64,000 nt of DNA from Marsupella aquatica (Eukaryota > Plantae > Marchantiophyta), in assembly GCA_973895155.1 (NCBI GenBank), contig OZ316898.1, positions 7,737,079-7,801,078 of the forward strand. The letters are read 5' to 3'. The stretch's first letter is position 1. Each line of letters starts with the position of its first letter. Made by a program: the position numbers and the translations under genes. A model generated the notes under the pieces. That model was not told the origin of the DNA, did no database searches, and saw only the letters and a list, made by a program, of their open reading frames with translations. Shown here piece by piece: positions 35,085 through 49,481 of this stretch.

Positions 35085-36849
35085 GAATCACCCGAGTGGT
35101 TTGAGACTGGTGGGTGCTGAATGGTGTTTGACCGTAAATTTCAGAATCCCCAGGCCAGGCTAAAATTCAGTACCTAGTCAATACTAATTATTTTAATCTA
35201 TCTGACCCTTTCTTAAGACCGGGGCACTTTACAAAAAGGGGTGGACGAAAAGAGAGGTAGCTTGCGTTCTAACATACTTGATCCACAGGTCAATTTGGAC
35301 TATCGTCTGACCAGCCAGAAAGGTAGTGCATTTAATATTGTACCATCTTCACCCTATACTTTCCATTTTTGAATCTGGCTATAATATCCAACAAAAGAGT
35401 GTTAGCTTTGTCACACTTTTCTAGCTAAGATGTTGCCAGTAGTTTGGCCAAAATGGGTATGGGTATGGGTATGGTTAATTGACATCAAATTATTACATGA
35501 TAGATGGCCCTTTTGACTTTGGAAGAAGCTTTGGAAATGAGTTATGTAAAACCCTCAAAGGGTTAATTTTGATAGTGGAGTTTAGTTGTAGACTTTGTAG
35601 GGGACTACTTAAGGAGTAGGGGTTCACTTTCTAGTGAATAAATATCTTAGGATATAGAGGGAATTTATTATGAATTTGAGGTAAGAGTGAAGGACCTCCA
35701 CTAATATTGTTGTCTTAGGGTAATGTCAATGGTAATTAAATGAGAAGTTGATTTATTGGGAGGGCGGGTCCCACTCTGCAGTAAGATCCCTACTCCCGCC
35801 CGGCTCCGCGCGGCACAGAGTCTTTACATTTGTTCGCATCATTTTGGTTTCGGTTTCTCGACTCTTTGCCTTAGGCTCATTCTCGCATTCTTAGTTTGAT
35901 CTGCAGTGCCCGTCGCAAGTCTCACCCTGAACCGCCTCACGTCTTGGCTTAATCGTTGGTGAACTCATTCTTCAAATGTTGGACAGATTTGCATGATAGA
36001 ATCGAAGTTTGGAGTGGGACAGACAAGGTGATCATACCGCCCGCTTTGGAAGTCGTAAACTCGGTGATTTCCAGGACCTCAGCAAGAAAGGAAATTAATC
36101 GAGGTTGCCATCTATTTGAATTGTTGTGGTGCTGAAGTAGAGTCAGCAGACGAATTAGTGACTTGCAGCAAGACTGCAGGAGCAACAACTTATTCATTGC
36201 TCAGGTTTTTAGTCGCAACCCTGTTGACTTCACCGCCCTCGCAGTCACAACCCTGTTAACTTCTGTTGTCGCGCCTGGTCAATGCGTGTCAAGTTTCTTT
36301 AACTTCTTGTTGTGGTCTATTCGCGTGTAAGTCTGTCATCCTGGACTCGAAGCAGAGTTAGATGGAGTAGTACTGCTTTGGACCATGGCTGATGGATGTC
36401 ATTTCATGCTGTCTGTCCGTGACCTTGAAGGTGTGAGGGGTTTACGGTGCAAGCTCCTTGGTTTGAAGACTTCAAGATTCTCCTTGACTCAGCAGGTATC
36501 AACGCCTTTGGTTTCTTTTTATTGCATGTGATGCCATGGATTTAAATTCTGTATCATCTCCTAGAAGTGGTTCAATCACTACCAGTTACACGAGAAGGTT
36601 AGCATGAAGTGAGAATGTGACAATGAATATAATCGTGAGTACGTGCTACTCTCCATATACAGCGAAAATGATGAGAGGGAATGAAACACTATGTTCAAAT
36701 TTGAACTTGGCAATGTGCAGTCCCACTTACGTGATCAAATTGAAGCAAAAATTCAGTAGCTTCGTCGCGCTGATTCAACTTTGAGGTGTGCTGTACTGCA
36801 TGTCATCGTGGTCCGGTAAGGTGAGAGTCTTTTAAGTTTATTGGCAAAG

Positions 36850-39800
36850 ATGAGTGCCAATCGTGTAGGCTTTGGACAGTCTCGGCTATTCAGAGACTTC
36901 CGAAGGAGTGATCTTCAGTTGCATATTAGGGATGACAAATTATGGCGTCGACAGCTGGCTGCTTGTAGGTCTGCAAGTATAGGGAAGATAAAGTGCCCTT
37001 GCACCATTTGCAACTGTAGGGGTAACCGTGTGAGTGTTCACACAGTCAAGAAGCGCCTATTACTGTACTCCCGACATCCATCTCAGCGACATTGGTGGGG
37101 GGATGAATGTGACACATCAGATGAGGAGTGGAATGAACACTTATGCGAGGTCAATCCTCCATCAGAGGGTAGCAATATAGATACTGGAGCTATAGGAGGG
37201 TCTGTCATTGATGTAACCTGTGATATGGAAATTCCCCGGTTGTTGGAGGATTTGGCATTGCCAGTGGAAAACCATCCAAGTGATCCTGTAGATGAAAGTC
37301 CTTCGAGGGAAAATCCAGAGAGAAGTGGGGAAGAGATGTTTAATATGGATGAGCTCTTGGAGTCCACAACTTCCACACCTCAAGAGCAGACTAGTCGAGA
37401 GGAGTGTTGGGATCAAGAGTCAGAAGAAAGAATGATGAATGCCTTTACAGAGGCATGTGCGCCTCTATATGAGGGGTGCAATACTTCCCAGCTGTCCTTT
37501 GTATTGACCTTTCTGAACACCTGCCATAACAACGGGTTTACTAACTCAGGTGTTGATGAGCTTCTTTCCTTGATGGCAAAACACACTATGCCATCAAAGC
37601 ATTTGCTTCCTAAGAATCTGTACGCATGTAAGAAGCTCATTGGTCATCTTGGATTAGATTATGTCAAAATCCATGCTTGTGAGGATGGGTGTGTTTTGTT
37701 CAGAAAGGATTTATTAGAGTGCGATCACTGTCCAACCTGCAAAAAACCTAGGTACAAGCAGGTTGGGCAGTCAAAGCAGGCAGTCAAAGTTCTCCGTCAC
37801 TTTCCCCTCATACCAAGACTGAGACGCATGTATAGATGTAAAGCCATTTCGGAGCTCATGACCTGGCATGCAGACAATAAGAGCAAGGATGGAAAGGTCC
37901 GTCACGTAGCAGATTCAAGGGCTTGGGCAGAAATTGAAGCTAATATAGATGATACTTTTGAGAGTGAGCCACGGAATGTTCATCTTGGATTAGCCTTGGA
38001 TGGTGTAAACCCGTTTGGTGAGAACAATCTAAAGCATTCCACATGGCCCGTAATGTTATTAAATTACAATTTACCTCCCTGGTTGTCTACTAAGAAGTTT
38101 TTTATTAGCTGTCTTTACTGATTCCTGGACCTGAATCTGTAACTGATCGTAACATAGATATCTACATGGCCCCACTAATAGAAGAGCTTTCAGAGCTCTG
38201 GAAAGGAGTCAAGTGCTTTGATGCACAAGATAGGCCGGGTAAACAAAAGTGGTTTACACTGAGGGCCATTCTATTATGGACAGTAAATGACTATCCAGCT
38301 TTGGGCCTCATTTCTGGTCAAGTGACCAAAGGATACCATGGTTGTGTAGTGTGTGGACCCAATGTCACTTGTAGAAGGCCCCAGTCTCTATCAAAAAATG
38401 TGTTCCCTGGAAGCCGTAGATGGTTGGAGGCCAATCACAAGTATCGTACTCCTGACTATGCTGCAAAGTTTGATGGAAAGATAGAGTCATGAGGCCCTCC
38501 CCCCAGGATGACATGCGAGCTAAAGCTGGCTTATGCTGCTGAAGTTGAAGAGTTTCTGAAAAAAGAAGGGGCCAAGCAAGGAAGCAAGCACTGCCCATCA
38601 AAGCTCCATGGAGTCAAGAGGAAACAGGGTCTTGCCGTGCTGCCATATTGGACTGTGAGTTATCACTTTACCTTTTCTTATCTCTCTTATTTAAACTAGT
38701 TATCTACAAGACTCTTTCATGTGGAAGTTTGAATTGAACAACTATTCATCAGTTTTGCTCGAGCACATTCTTGGTCTTTGTGAGGGAACAGGCCCACAGT
38801 GTTTAATTACAGTGTGTAATGTGCTAAGTCGCATAGATGTTTGGCAATCTCTTAGCTGGCAGGCAGTCTGGCTCTTGGATTGATTATGGGGGCTGCGAGG
38901 ACGGGCATCTGTAGAATTGGGTCTTTGCCTAGTCGGCTCTTCAGTTAGTTCTCCAAGGGTCTCTTACCCCTGCTTTGATGACCTGGTACTTTTTGGGTTT
39001 TTAGTATTTGTTTTTGTGTAGGCATGTGCAAATGAATGAATCAAACGATTAGAATATATTGTTTTGTTTTAAGATTGTAGTATGCGTAAATTAATGTTTG
39101 AACTAGCGAGATATGATTAATAATGCTTTGTAGTAGTTCTCGATGCTACCTACAACCGTTTGAAGGGCTGCCTGCAAAACTTTAGAATCTAAATTAAAAT
39201 CTAATTCATTCTGATAAGCAGTAAGGGCCTGTCGTATGATTCCTCCTTTCCTGGTCATCATAGTGCCCTTTCTATTTCTTTTGGTGCCGTCCAAGGCCAG
39301 GAACCACGATGTAGAGTCGCTTATCTTATGGGTCATGTTGCCTCAATCTGCTATCGCTACCTGTCCACTTCACTTCCTTGGAAAGACTAAGATAACTTAA
39401 AAAACCCATAGAGTTTGCTCAAAACCCTACAATTTTGTTACTAACAGAACTGTTTCTTCATTAGTATTCTAAATTGTATTCTAAATTAGTCGACTCTGGC
39501 CACTGCAATTGGGACGGGAAAATTTTGGGAAGAGCCCACTACCAATCGTTGTTTTCTTATTATGGCAGGGGAGCCACAATGGCCAGAGTCAGTTTATTTT
39601 TCTTTGTATCCGTCGCCTATGCATTTCGAAGGTAGATGAATCTATTTGGCCACAAGAAATGACTGGTCAAGACTTTGCTCTCATGTTTATAACTTGTTAC
39701 TCATGTTCTTTTATATATGGCGCGCAGAAACTTCTGATCAATCATGTCCTTGATCCAATGCACACGGAGAAAAACATTGCGCATAATCTTATCCACACAA

Positions 39801-41687
39801 CTTCTGGGAAGAAGGACATTGCTGCTGTCCGAAATGATATGCAAGCTGAAGGTGTTCATGAGCAATTGTGGATGAAGCCTCATCCAAACCAGAAAAAAGA
39901 TCACTTTGTGAAACCCAAGGCACCATATGTCATGAGCAAATCAGAGCTCACACAATTTCTGGGAACCTTGAAGTGTCTGAAAGTTCCCACAGACTTTGGC
40001 AGCTCATTAGCTAAGTGTGTGCGGCCTAGCAATAAGCTGGCAGGTATGAAATCTCACGATTATCATTGCCTAATGCAGCAGATCCTTCCATTGGCATTGA
40101 GGAATTTGATGGACAAGGGACCCCGATTGGCCATTGTGAGTGTGTGCAGAGTTTGGCGTAAGATTTGCTGTAAAGTTTGGGACCCTACAACAAAGGATGC
40201 GTTGATGAAAGATGTAGCACAAACACTCTGTGCTTTGGAAATGCATTTCCCTTCGTCCTTTTTTGATGTTATGACTCATCTCATGGTGCATATAGTGGAA
40301 GAGTTGGACATTTGTGGGCCTGTATCACAAAGATGGATGTATCCAGTTGAGCGATACCTCAAGAATCTGAAGGGTTTTGTACGGAACAAGGCACGACCAG
40401 AGGCATCAATGGCAGAAGGATACATTCTCGAAGAGGCTTTAGGACTTGTGACAGAGTATATGGTAGACTGCCAATCTACAAGGAGGCGTGTTTGGGATGC
40501 TGAAGAGGAGGAAGGAGTTAAAGGGGTGGTGTTGGAAGGGGCCTCATGCAAAGTCACTCTGACTGTGGTAGATCGAGATGCTGCTCATACATACTACCTA
40601 CAGAATAATTTGTTGGTAACACCATGGTTGAGGTAAATTGTTACTTGCGCAACTATTATTTATGACACACTTTGTAACTTGCTGATAATAATTCAGATAT
40701 TGTCATTAGTGGTTGATATTGTACGTTTTTGGATTGGTTTGCAGGCTCTATGAGAATGCAGAGGAAGAGAGAAGAAGACAGAGGGAAGCTTTTGTCCAAC
40801 AAAATAACCAGACACGGCCTCCACGCAGTCGTAGAGCAGCAACTTATCCTCAAGAATTGGAGGGAATTCCCTTTGGGGTTTGGTTTAGGAATGAGATTTC
40901 CGAAGCTAACCTTGATGATGATGAAAACAAGTTGTTGTTGAGGGCTATTTCCTTTCCCCCAAGCCAGCATGGTCTGACGTATACTTCAATGAAGGCTTAT
41001 GGAAATCATTACAGGGTAATGCGCTGTAAAGGAAGGGATGGTAGTTGGCGTGAGCTATCCCATCTTAGGGACACAGATTGTCAAGGGTACGCTACATTTG
41101 ACAGTGGGTTGGCCACCACTTTCCACGAGCAGAGAAGGGATCAGTCAGGAGTTGCTTTGGCTAAGCAAACCTACGTTGGGGTTCTCACCCAGATTCTTAA
41201 ACTTGACTATGGACCACTATTGCGTTTAGAACCAGCCATTATCCTCAAGGCAAAATGGGTCCGGTCAAAGTGGGGACCAGACAATACTGGTCCATCTATG
41301 AAACATGATGAAACTGGTCTCTGGCTGGCCAACTTTAACATGCCTTATCCTGCAGCCGAGAAGTTAGACTATGTCTTGCCTGGTCAAGTTGAGCAAGTTT
41401 TCTTCTATCCTAACGAGGCTAGAACCTCATGGAGGCATGTCCTTCATAAGGAGGGAAGGTCTCGTAGAGTTGTTGAGGGTATCTATGATGTTGAATACAA
41501 TGATCTTGTAGACCATCACGAGGTAGTTGAAGCGGAGCTTGTTGCAGCTGCTAACCGAGCTGTGCCATTGGAGGAAGGAGAGAGCTTAGTCGCTCAGCAA
41601 ACAGTTGCAAGGGTGACAGATGAATCAGTTGAAGAGATAATACAGGATGATGTTTGGGAAGATGAGGAAGATTCTGAGGAAGAGTAA
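36850..41687 (+). pseudogene. tnpD: CACTA TnpD-like transposase (exons ~36850-38654, 39728-40632, 40745-41687), disrupted
   Basis: KIKCPCTICNC. Transposase_21 motifs LGLALDGVNPF, STWPV, YNLPPW, WTVNDYPA. DUF4218 motifs MKSHDYH, FFDVMTHL, RWMYPVER. DUF4216-like C-terminus with QVFF. Frameshift near 38110 and stop at 38490. Confidence 0.93.
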
Positions 41688-42769
41688 CCGTGTGGCTATG
41701 TAACTGGTAGTGTGTGGATGCAGAACTCAAGTGATTCGGTCTTGGATTCGGCTGATGAGTCCCCAGAAGAGTCAAATGCTGAACTCATGGCCTATGAGTT
41801 GGAGAGATTGAGGAACATAAAAGCAAACAACGCCTTCATTGCAGCTGTGATTGGAAAATCTGCGGCAGATTTGAACAGGTCTTGAATATATAGTCCCTCC
41901 CAACTTTGGTAGTCCACCTTATGTCAATCTTTATATGATTAACATTAGAGTAGAATTTGAATGCGTCCAGTGGCCTGGGAATTGCTATTGGCATTGTTAA
42001 ATAATGTGGCCTTTGAAAATTTGCATGAATGACATTAATTAACATTAGTTTGGGTTGATGAAAGGCAGTTCAGAAGGTGTGGGAAGAAGCAAAATGAAAC
42101 GTGTTTATAGAAAGAAACCAGCGCAATTGCAGGTACCTTCTCTACCAACAAGGAAGAGTGCAAGGTAGCAAGCGATGAACATACCAACTATGGCAGACAA
42201 CGGCTCAGATATTGAGGGCAGTGAGCGGTCAGAAGGTACACCTTACAGTGACTCTGGGAATGAGGGAGGCGCCGACTGGGGGAATTGTGATGACGAGATA
42301 ACCATTGGGGACAAACAACGCGCAGGGGTACGTGTCTAATTAATTTTTCATTTTTTTGCTGTGCTGTGAAGGACACCAATTATGGTGCTATATCTTACTA
42401 ATATATGAAATATGTCCGCAACTTATAAGAATATTGAAGACATTTAGTAAATGTACTGATTGTTGACTGTATATTGTTTCAGGCTGTCTCACACACCTCT
42501 GCTAAGTATTATAAAGATCCCATCACGGGAGTTGTCAGCTTGCGTAAGTTTCCACCTGTACTAGCTTCTTTACATTAGCTATGTATGAATTTGAATATGA
42601 CACAGCCTATGATTGTGATTGAATGTAAAATATGATGGGATGACCATGGTTGTTAATTACTTGTCAATGTACGTTGCAAGGCTTAATGCCAAGTTCAAGT
42701 CAGGGTTCAAGTATATTGGTGGCAAATTCTAAGTCTGAACTAAGATGTAAATCTTTGATATTGTAGTGA

Positions 42770-45444
42770 CCCCTATCCCTCAGGGAAGTGCTATGATGGC
42801 CAGTGCAAGTGGACCGTCCCAACAGTCAATTATGCGGCAGATGTCTCGAGCTGCAAAGAAACATTGGGTGGATCACACAACTGAGCGAAGTAAAATGGGC
42901 ATGAAGAAAGCAAGTATTCAGGTATCATGCCAACTTTAATTCAAACTCTTCTAGCAGATCAACATAGGATCAAAATAGGATGCTTGCCAATTTTTAAATA
43001 GAAGTTGGAAACAGCCCCGACCTTTATCCTACTGACAGCATCGGTTAGTTTGAATCAATCACAATCGACAATGATGTCTCGTGTGCAGATTTGGAATGAC
43101 GATATTGATGCAAGTGACCAGTTCCGGGGACGTTGGGCAGATGACCTTCGTGCAGCTTGTGTTGGCAGACTCGACCCTTCCGTGCGTAACATTGCTAAGC
43201 AAGACAAGGACATTATTATCCATTTGTATGATGTGATGGCTACTAATTGGCAGTATGTAGGGGGGACTTTGTCTGAGAAGAAGTTCAGGTCCCACTTGTA
43301 AAAAATAATGAAGGCTCAACGTGCAAAACTTCACAAGCATTTTCAAGCGATTGGGAAGCGCTTGGACAAGAAGCCTCCTGAAAATGTCAAGCCTGAGCAA
43401 TGGAAAACACTTTGTGAGTGGTGGTTGTCCCCAGAAGGACTAACCAACATTCAGAAAATGACTAGAGCGAGAGCAGAAGTGAAGAATCCATCTAAAGTTG
43501 GACGAGGTGGCTATCGTGGGAGGGAGGCAATTTATGTGAGTGTGCTAACCCTTATGACATGATCATCTTTCAGTTTGTGCCATACATTCTCTGAGTGTGC
43601 TGATAAATGTTTGATTGCATTATTGTGCTGATAGTTGTTCCTGCCTTTTTCAGAAGAGGCAGAGAGGTCATAGCCCAGGTCTATCAGACCTTCGACCTAA
43701 TCCTTTTGATGACAAAGCAAATGGTTTGGGTTGGAGGTCAGATGTAAGCCCATCCTTGGCAAGTACTAAGTCCATCCTTGGTACACCTGCTCACCAGCTA
43801 GGGAGGAACTCAATCGTGAGTTTCTTTCTCTTCCTTTCCATATTGTAAGTACACCTGTCTCGGGTAATATTTTAAGAGGACACAAAGTGGCTGTATATGG
43901 CTAATTTTTTTACTCACTGTGGTTTTCTAGACACCTGTATCCAACCTTGTAGTTGAGCGAAATGATGAAGTGTTTTGTGAGAAAATAACTAGTTCTATCA
44001 ATACTACTTTAGCTGTTGGGTTGGCACTGGTGGCTAAGACAATTGCAGAGAGCTTGGGAAATTACCAGCAACATATGAGTGTTTTGCATCAGAAGGAGAC
44101 ATCTCATGTAGGAGGGGTAGGTATCAATATTGAAGCTTCCCAAGAGGGGGGTGGTGGACCTGGAGCACTTGGTACGTCAAGCCTACCCACTTCCACAATT
44201 AAGGCTGCATTGGGCACTTCAGCACCAAAGAGTTCTGCAATGAAGTTGAATTTTGTGGATCTGTCCAAAGAGGGTATGTCTGTCTAATTTGTACTCTAAG
44301 CTAGGTCATGACCATTTGCTCTGGGTGATCGAAAATTAAGAGCTTAATTTTGTAAAATCATTGTAATGCAAATGATTTGTAAAAGCATTTCGATCATCTG
44401 AAAAATTGAATAATATATGTCCATGTCGGTGAGGAAGGTGCGGAGCAGAAAGACCTGATGGACGATGCGGAGTATAGTCACTCTGTGACTGTAAAGCAGG
44501 AGGTCTTAGATGATCCCACAAAGGTCCTTATCTCCAGTTCACCTCAACTAACTCCTAAGACAGGCAAGGGCCGAAAACCTAAAGGAAAGGTATGGTTTTT
44601 GTGCTGCACTCAACTATCTCATAGTATAGATGCAAACTTTGTGACAAGGTGCTTAGCGCAGGGGCTCAGGAATTGTGTACATTCAAAGTTTTCTCAGGCC
44701 TGTGTTCTTACAAATTAGCTCTATGTCTTGTACGTGGATGGTGGATGTTCGAGTGGAATATGCACAGTATGTAGAATTTTTTTCAGTCCAATATATATGC
44801 ACACCTGACTCTATGCTCTCAGTCTAAGTTTGTCTAATTTTTCCTTTGATCAGATGCCAAAGGTGGGAATCATGTAGGCTCTTGAAGAGGGCAATGAAAC
44901 AATCTCAGAACACCCAACCCCTTCAAGACCTCTAAGTACGGATGTTCTGAAGTCAGCGTCTTCACCAACTATGTTGAAGGTGACAATCTTCATAGATTTC
45001 TCCTTTTCTAAATTAATTACTATCATTTTGCATCTGTTCACTATCCTGCATTATGCATGATTCACTTAGCAGTGATTACATCCCTTGAAATGGCGCGCAT
45101 CAGTATTGTTGCAAGCCAAGGGTTCATTGGCACCGCAGATTAAAAATATGGTCTCTAATTAAATTAGCCGTAATATATTGATTTACTGCTGGCAGTTCAA
45201 GATTGGGGACGTGGTGAAATTGAAGTCCCCAGTGGACTCTCGGGTTGTTGCTCTTGCAACAGTGCAGGGAGTCTGGGGGCAAGATTTTTACAATGGCAAT
45301 GAAATTCCACCAGGACATTTGATCGTGATTGCAAATGAGGTGTTTGAACAGGATGCACCTCTACTTGAGAAAGAGCATCCAAACTCTCAGGTCAAATTTC
45401 TGAAGGATGGGGCGACAGACATTTCTTGTGGTACCAGAAGTTGA
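42770..45444 (+). pseudogene. tnpA: CACTA TnpA-like multi-exon ORF, disrupted
   Basis: PPENVKPEQWKTLCEWWLSPE...SKVGRGGY (Transposase_24-like). C-terminal VVALATVQG...NGNEIPPGHLIV...DAPL typical of En/Spm ORF2. In-frame stops. Exon boundaries approximate. Confidence 0.75.
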
Positions 45445-46115
45445 TGAGGAAGTAGCAAGGAGTTGTTTTTTGATAGAATGTAGTGACTTGAGCTCTTTGG
45501 TTCAAGCTCGAGTAGTTTTGATGCACAAGCTGAGTTGGCCAATAGACTTGTTTTGTGATTAGTTCATCCAGGAAATACTTTACTGTGATTCTGAACAGTC
45601 GATCACCTGTACATTGGGGGTGAAATGAAGTCTACAGTCTCTATGCAGAATTTTATATTCATTCAATGTCTTTTTGTGTATATTTGCAATGTATATATCC
45701 TCTTGCAGTTGATTTCTAAGACATGTCTTTCTAGCTAGGCAATTTTTCAGGATGATTGGAAATAGGACCAATTGGGAGAATTGGTCCAATTATGAAATGA
45801 CACAAAGGACTAACTAAATAACTTCCATGAAGTCATAAATGACTGAGCGTAAAAGACTCAAATATTGGTAATATAAGACATCAACAAAATCACTCCAATA
45901 GTAGTCATTATAAACATGTCCTAAACAACTACAATTATCTCCACGTGTACCCTACTAGGAATTAAGCTATCAAAGTGTCACCTGTTGGCTGCTGGGATGA
46001 TATAAAGGAGACACGTGTCCACTTGTAATTTGGTTTGTGTGGCTCAGACCTTCCACGTGTCTAAATGCTATTTGATGGCTTTAGACACATGTCGTTTCCT
46101 TATTTGATGAGTCAT

Positions 46116-46207
46116 AACACAATTCAACTCTGATTTTGAGTTATTTAAGACCATCAATTCTTTTTAACGAAACACAATTCAACTAAGATTTTGAGTTATT
46201 TAAGACC
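46116..46207. repeat. CACTA subterminal direct repeats (~37 bp, 55-bp spacing)
   Basis: AACACAATTCAACT..GATTTTGAGTTATTTAAGACC occurs twice near the right TIR. Confidence 0.85.
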
Positions 46208-46824
46208 GTCAGTCTCCCAATGGACGGTGTCATAAACAACCTGCAATTTGCAGTTGTTGATAAAAACAACTCTATGTCCAAAAGGACTACTATACCAAAG
46301 CGACTTGCCTTTGTGAACTCAAATGAATGAGTTGTAAATTGTCCCAAACCACTCATAAGCTAGTCATTTTTTCAGTAATAAAAACATCATTTCCTTCTAG
46401 TGTTGGTCGAGTGCAAAGGACAAATCTGTGAGGATCGCCAAGGAGAGGGCGAACATACTCACGCCAACTACGAGGTCGAACAGAGAAATGACTGTTTAGG
46501 GACATTCCCGAATGCTGGCAGATTCATTTGTGGGTGATTTAACCTGAATAAAGACCTCATGAATGCGGCAACGCAGCTCGCATGGGAAGGAGAACAAAGC
46601 TCTGAAATTGAATAGATGCTTTACGTAGGAGCGAAGTAGAGCAATTGCTACTGTTGCAGAGCAAAAGAACCTAAATGGCTGGGCTTCTATTACTGCTGTT
46701 GTTGTGAACGACTCCAACTAAGTGTTCTGCTGCAAAATTGACAAATGTTGACTATGTTTGCTTCATGACGATTGTGTGGTGATTCTTAAGCCCGCATTCG
46801 AATTGTTGTTCTCTGTGCTTTAGG

Positions 46825-49050
46825 CCCATGGAGTTAGGAGAGGCACTCTAGTTGAATGTAGGCAGGACATTTGAGAGTTGGCAGGAGTTAAAGAAAGCCA
46901 TTGTGGATCATGGAGTCAAATCAGAGAGAGTGATAGTCACACACAAGAAGGACCACAAGAAGTGGAAGCTCAAATGTTGAATGAATCATAGTAGCCAAGG
47001 GGAGAAACAATGTCATTGGCACCTAAGGGCAACCAAAATGTCCAGAACTGAAACAATAACCATCATCCGCAATGACCTGGAACATACATGATGTGAGGCT
47101 ACGGACCAATACAAACGCAGAATGCATTCAAATTCAGATAGGCTAGCTGACAGGATCTTAATATCATTCAGAAAAATTGACATACCAGACCTATATTCTT
47201 GAGAAATACAGCTCAGGCATTAGTTCACCCGGATATCAAATACCACATTGCATATGCTGCCAAGAAGAGATGTGTGAATCATCTAGATGGAGACCAGACT
47301 GAGTCCTTTCACTTAATACCTGCCCATTGTCACCATATCCTACAACGTGATCCAGGGGCAGTGGCAAAGTACAGAGCTCCTGAGGGTTGATTAGATATGC
47401 TTTTTGTGTGCCCTTCCGCTTCCAGGGAATCATTTTGTCATTGCAGGCCAATGATTGCACTGGATGGCACCCACACCCGGTGCATGTATCCTGGAATTTT
47501 TCTTCTGGCCACCACACTAAATGCCAATATTAATACTATCATTGGGCTTGCTTACTCTTGGATACCATCAGAGAATGAAGCAAATTGGATGTTGTTTCTG
47601 AATTTGTTAAGAGATACAATCCTAGATTTGAGCAAGCCAGACACAATTTTCATTTCAGATAGGGAGAAAGGGTTGATTGATGGAGTACCAAGAGTTTTCC
47701 CACATGGGCATCCAGTGTATTGCACTTGGCATCTGGCCGAGAATCTGGCTAAGAATGTGCACAACCACCATGGAAAAGAAGTTAGGAAAATGTTTGAAAC
47801 CTTGCCTTATGCTGTCACTCTAGCAAAGTACAGTGCCAAGCTACAACGGATTGCACAAAAGTGCAAAGTTGTTGCTGGCTATATAAAAAATAGCAGATCC
47901 AAAATACTATTCCAGAGCTTTTTTTCTCACCCGAAGGTAACTGTTTGCTTTGTCTGTCCAGAAATTGCATTTGTCTAAATTTGAATAGCATATTGCTATG
48001 CTGGACTTGTAGGATAACCATAATAGCTCAAAATTTTATGTTCTTTTTTATGGCAGTTGGGGTCATGAGACTTCACAGTACTAGGCTGAAACTAGCAATC
48101 GTGCTTTGAAACCACAACGGCAGGAGGTAACCTTGAACATGTCATGCCAAATTTGGGATTACATCATGTTGAAATACTTTGAGAAGAAAGAGTTGGCTGC
48201 AAGAATCACAACTCCATTGTTAGATATTGCTCTAGTCTTATGACTCATGAGCTAACCATAGTTAGTCTAACTCGGGTTAGGACTTAGCTAATGTTAGCAG
48301 TAGTGTTGTTGTGCATATAGCTAGGGCTGATGCCAGACCCTGGGTGGAACTTAGGCTCATTGTTACGGAGCTAGTTGAGAGATAGGGAGAGCTTGTGTTG
48401 TGGATGCTTGGGATGGTTGTTCGGCCTAGAGTGCAGTAAAGCTCTTGTGTGTTCCCGTGGACATAGCCTCATGTGGAGGTGAACCACGTATCTCTCTGTG
48501 TCGACTATTGTGCGTTGGATGGTTCATGGGCTTGCCGTTGCGAATGTCGTCTATGCTCAACATCCATTCCCTCCCAACATAATGACAACATTGAGGGAGG
48601 TGGAGGAGAAAGCAACTCATCTAACTCCCCACCCTTCAACTCACGTAGAGGTGAGAATTACTAATGAATGGAACATTCAATACATTGTCCAATTGGATCC
48701 ACATTGGTCATGCAGCTATGGTGACTTTCAAGTGATGCTTGTGCCATGCATGCATGCTTGGCGGGCCTTGACCAGGCTATACAAAAGGCATTATGATTAT
48801 GTGTCGCCACTATATAGCACAGACACCTTCAGGAAAACATATGAAGCTCATCTACCAGCTTTGATAAGGAGTGACTTGTTGCCTGATCCCAATTGCAGGC
48901 CACCACTAAAGAAGCAAAGGAAAGGGCGTCCACTTGAGAGAGTGAGGATACAATTTGATGAAGAAGAAGCTTGTAGACTACTAACCTCAGAAGTGTGGAC
49001 TTTGTGGTGATCAAGGGCATGACAGACAAAATTGTCACAATTGTGCAAAC
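46825..49050 (+). pseudogene. mudrA: MuDR/MURA-like transposase, disrupted and split by a solo LTR
   Basis: N-terminal MuDR DBD-like region (ELKKAIVDHG...C...CHWHLRA). MULE domain CRPMIALDGTH...FISDREKGL...CTWHL. SWIM-like CSYGDFQVMLVPCMHA. Knuckle CGLCGDQGHDRQNC. Confidence 0.92.
48218..48562 (+). mobile_element. Solo LTR (copia-type), copy 2, inserted in the MULE transposase
   Basis: TGTTAGA...CTCAACA with perfect TSD TCCAT. Same family as 13963-14306. Confidence 0.95.
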
Positions 49051-49481
49051 TAGACGAGAAGCTGTTAGATTATCCAGGGAGCAGGTTGTTGGCGATAGGA
49101 CGGCGAACAAAGATATGGACTTGGACCTGGATACTGAGAATGATAGTGTGCCAGGAAGTGATATTGGTGATCATGACACAGGTGATAGTGAGGACTCAAG
49201 GTCTCTTGCACACACCGAGAACAATGGGGGCAGTCACACTGTTGTTGACTGGGGGAGCATTGTCTATGGTTTCTCTTTTGCAATGGAAATGAATCTGTGT
49301 TGTGGACAGATAGAGTTGGACTGCATTCAGACAAATCAGAATGAGAAGAGTGAATCATATATGACAAAACTATGTCTGGCAAAATGTTATTGCAAAACAG
49401 GGTTTTTTCATTGATGCATTGCTGCATTCCTAGCCAAAATTTGATTTAGAAGAAAATTCTACATATGAGGCAAGTCTACAT

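Larger units (their letters stand above)
30612..46402 (+). mobile_element. CACTA (En/Spm) transposon, 15.8 kb, inserted in the left MULE TIR
   Basis: TIR CACTAGAAGGAAAT / ATTTCCTTCTAGTG. 3-bp TSD TCG/TTG. MULE TIR homology resumes exactly after its removal. Encodes TnpD- and TnpA-like proteins. Confidence 0.95.
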
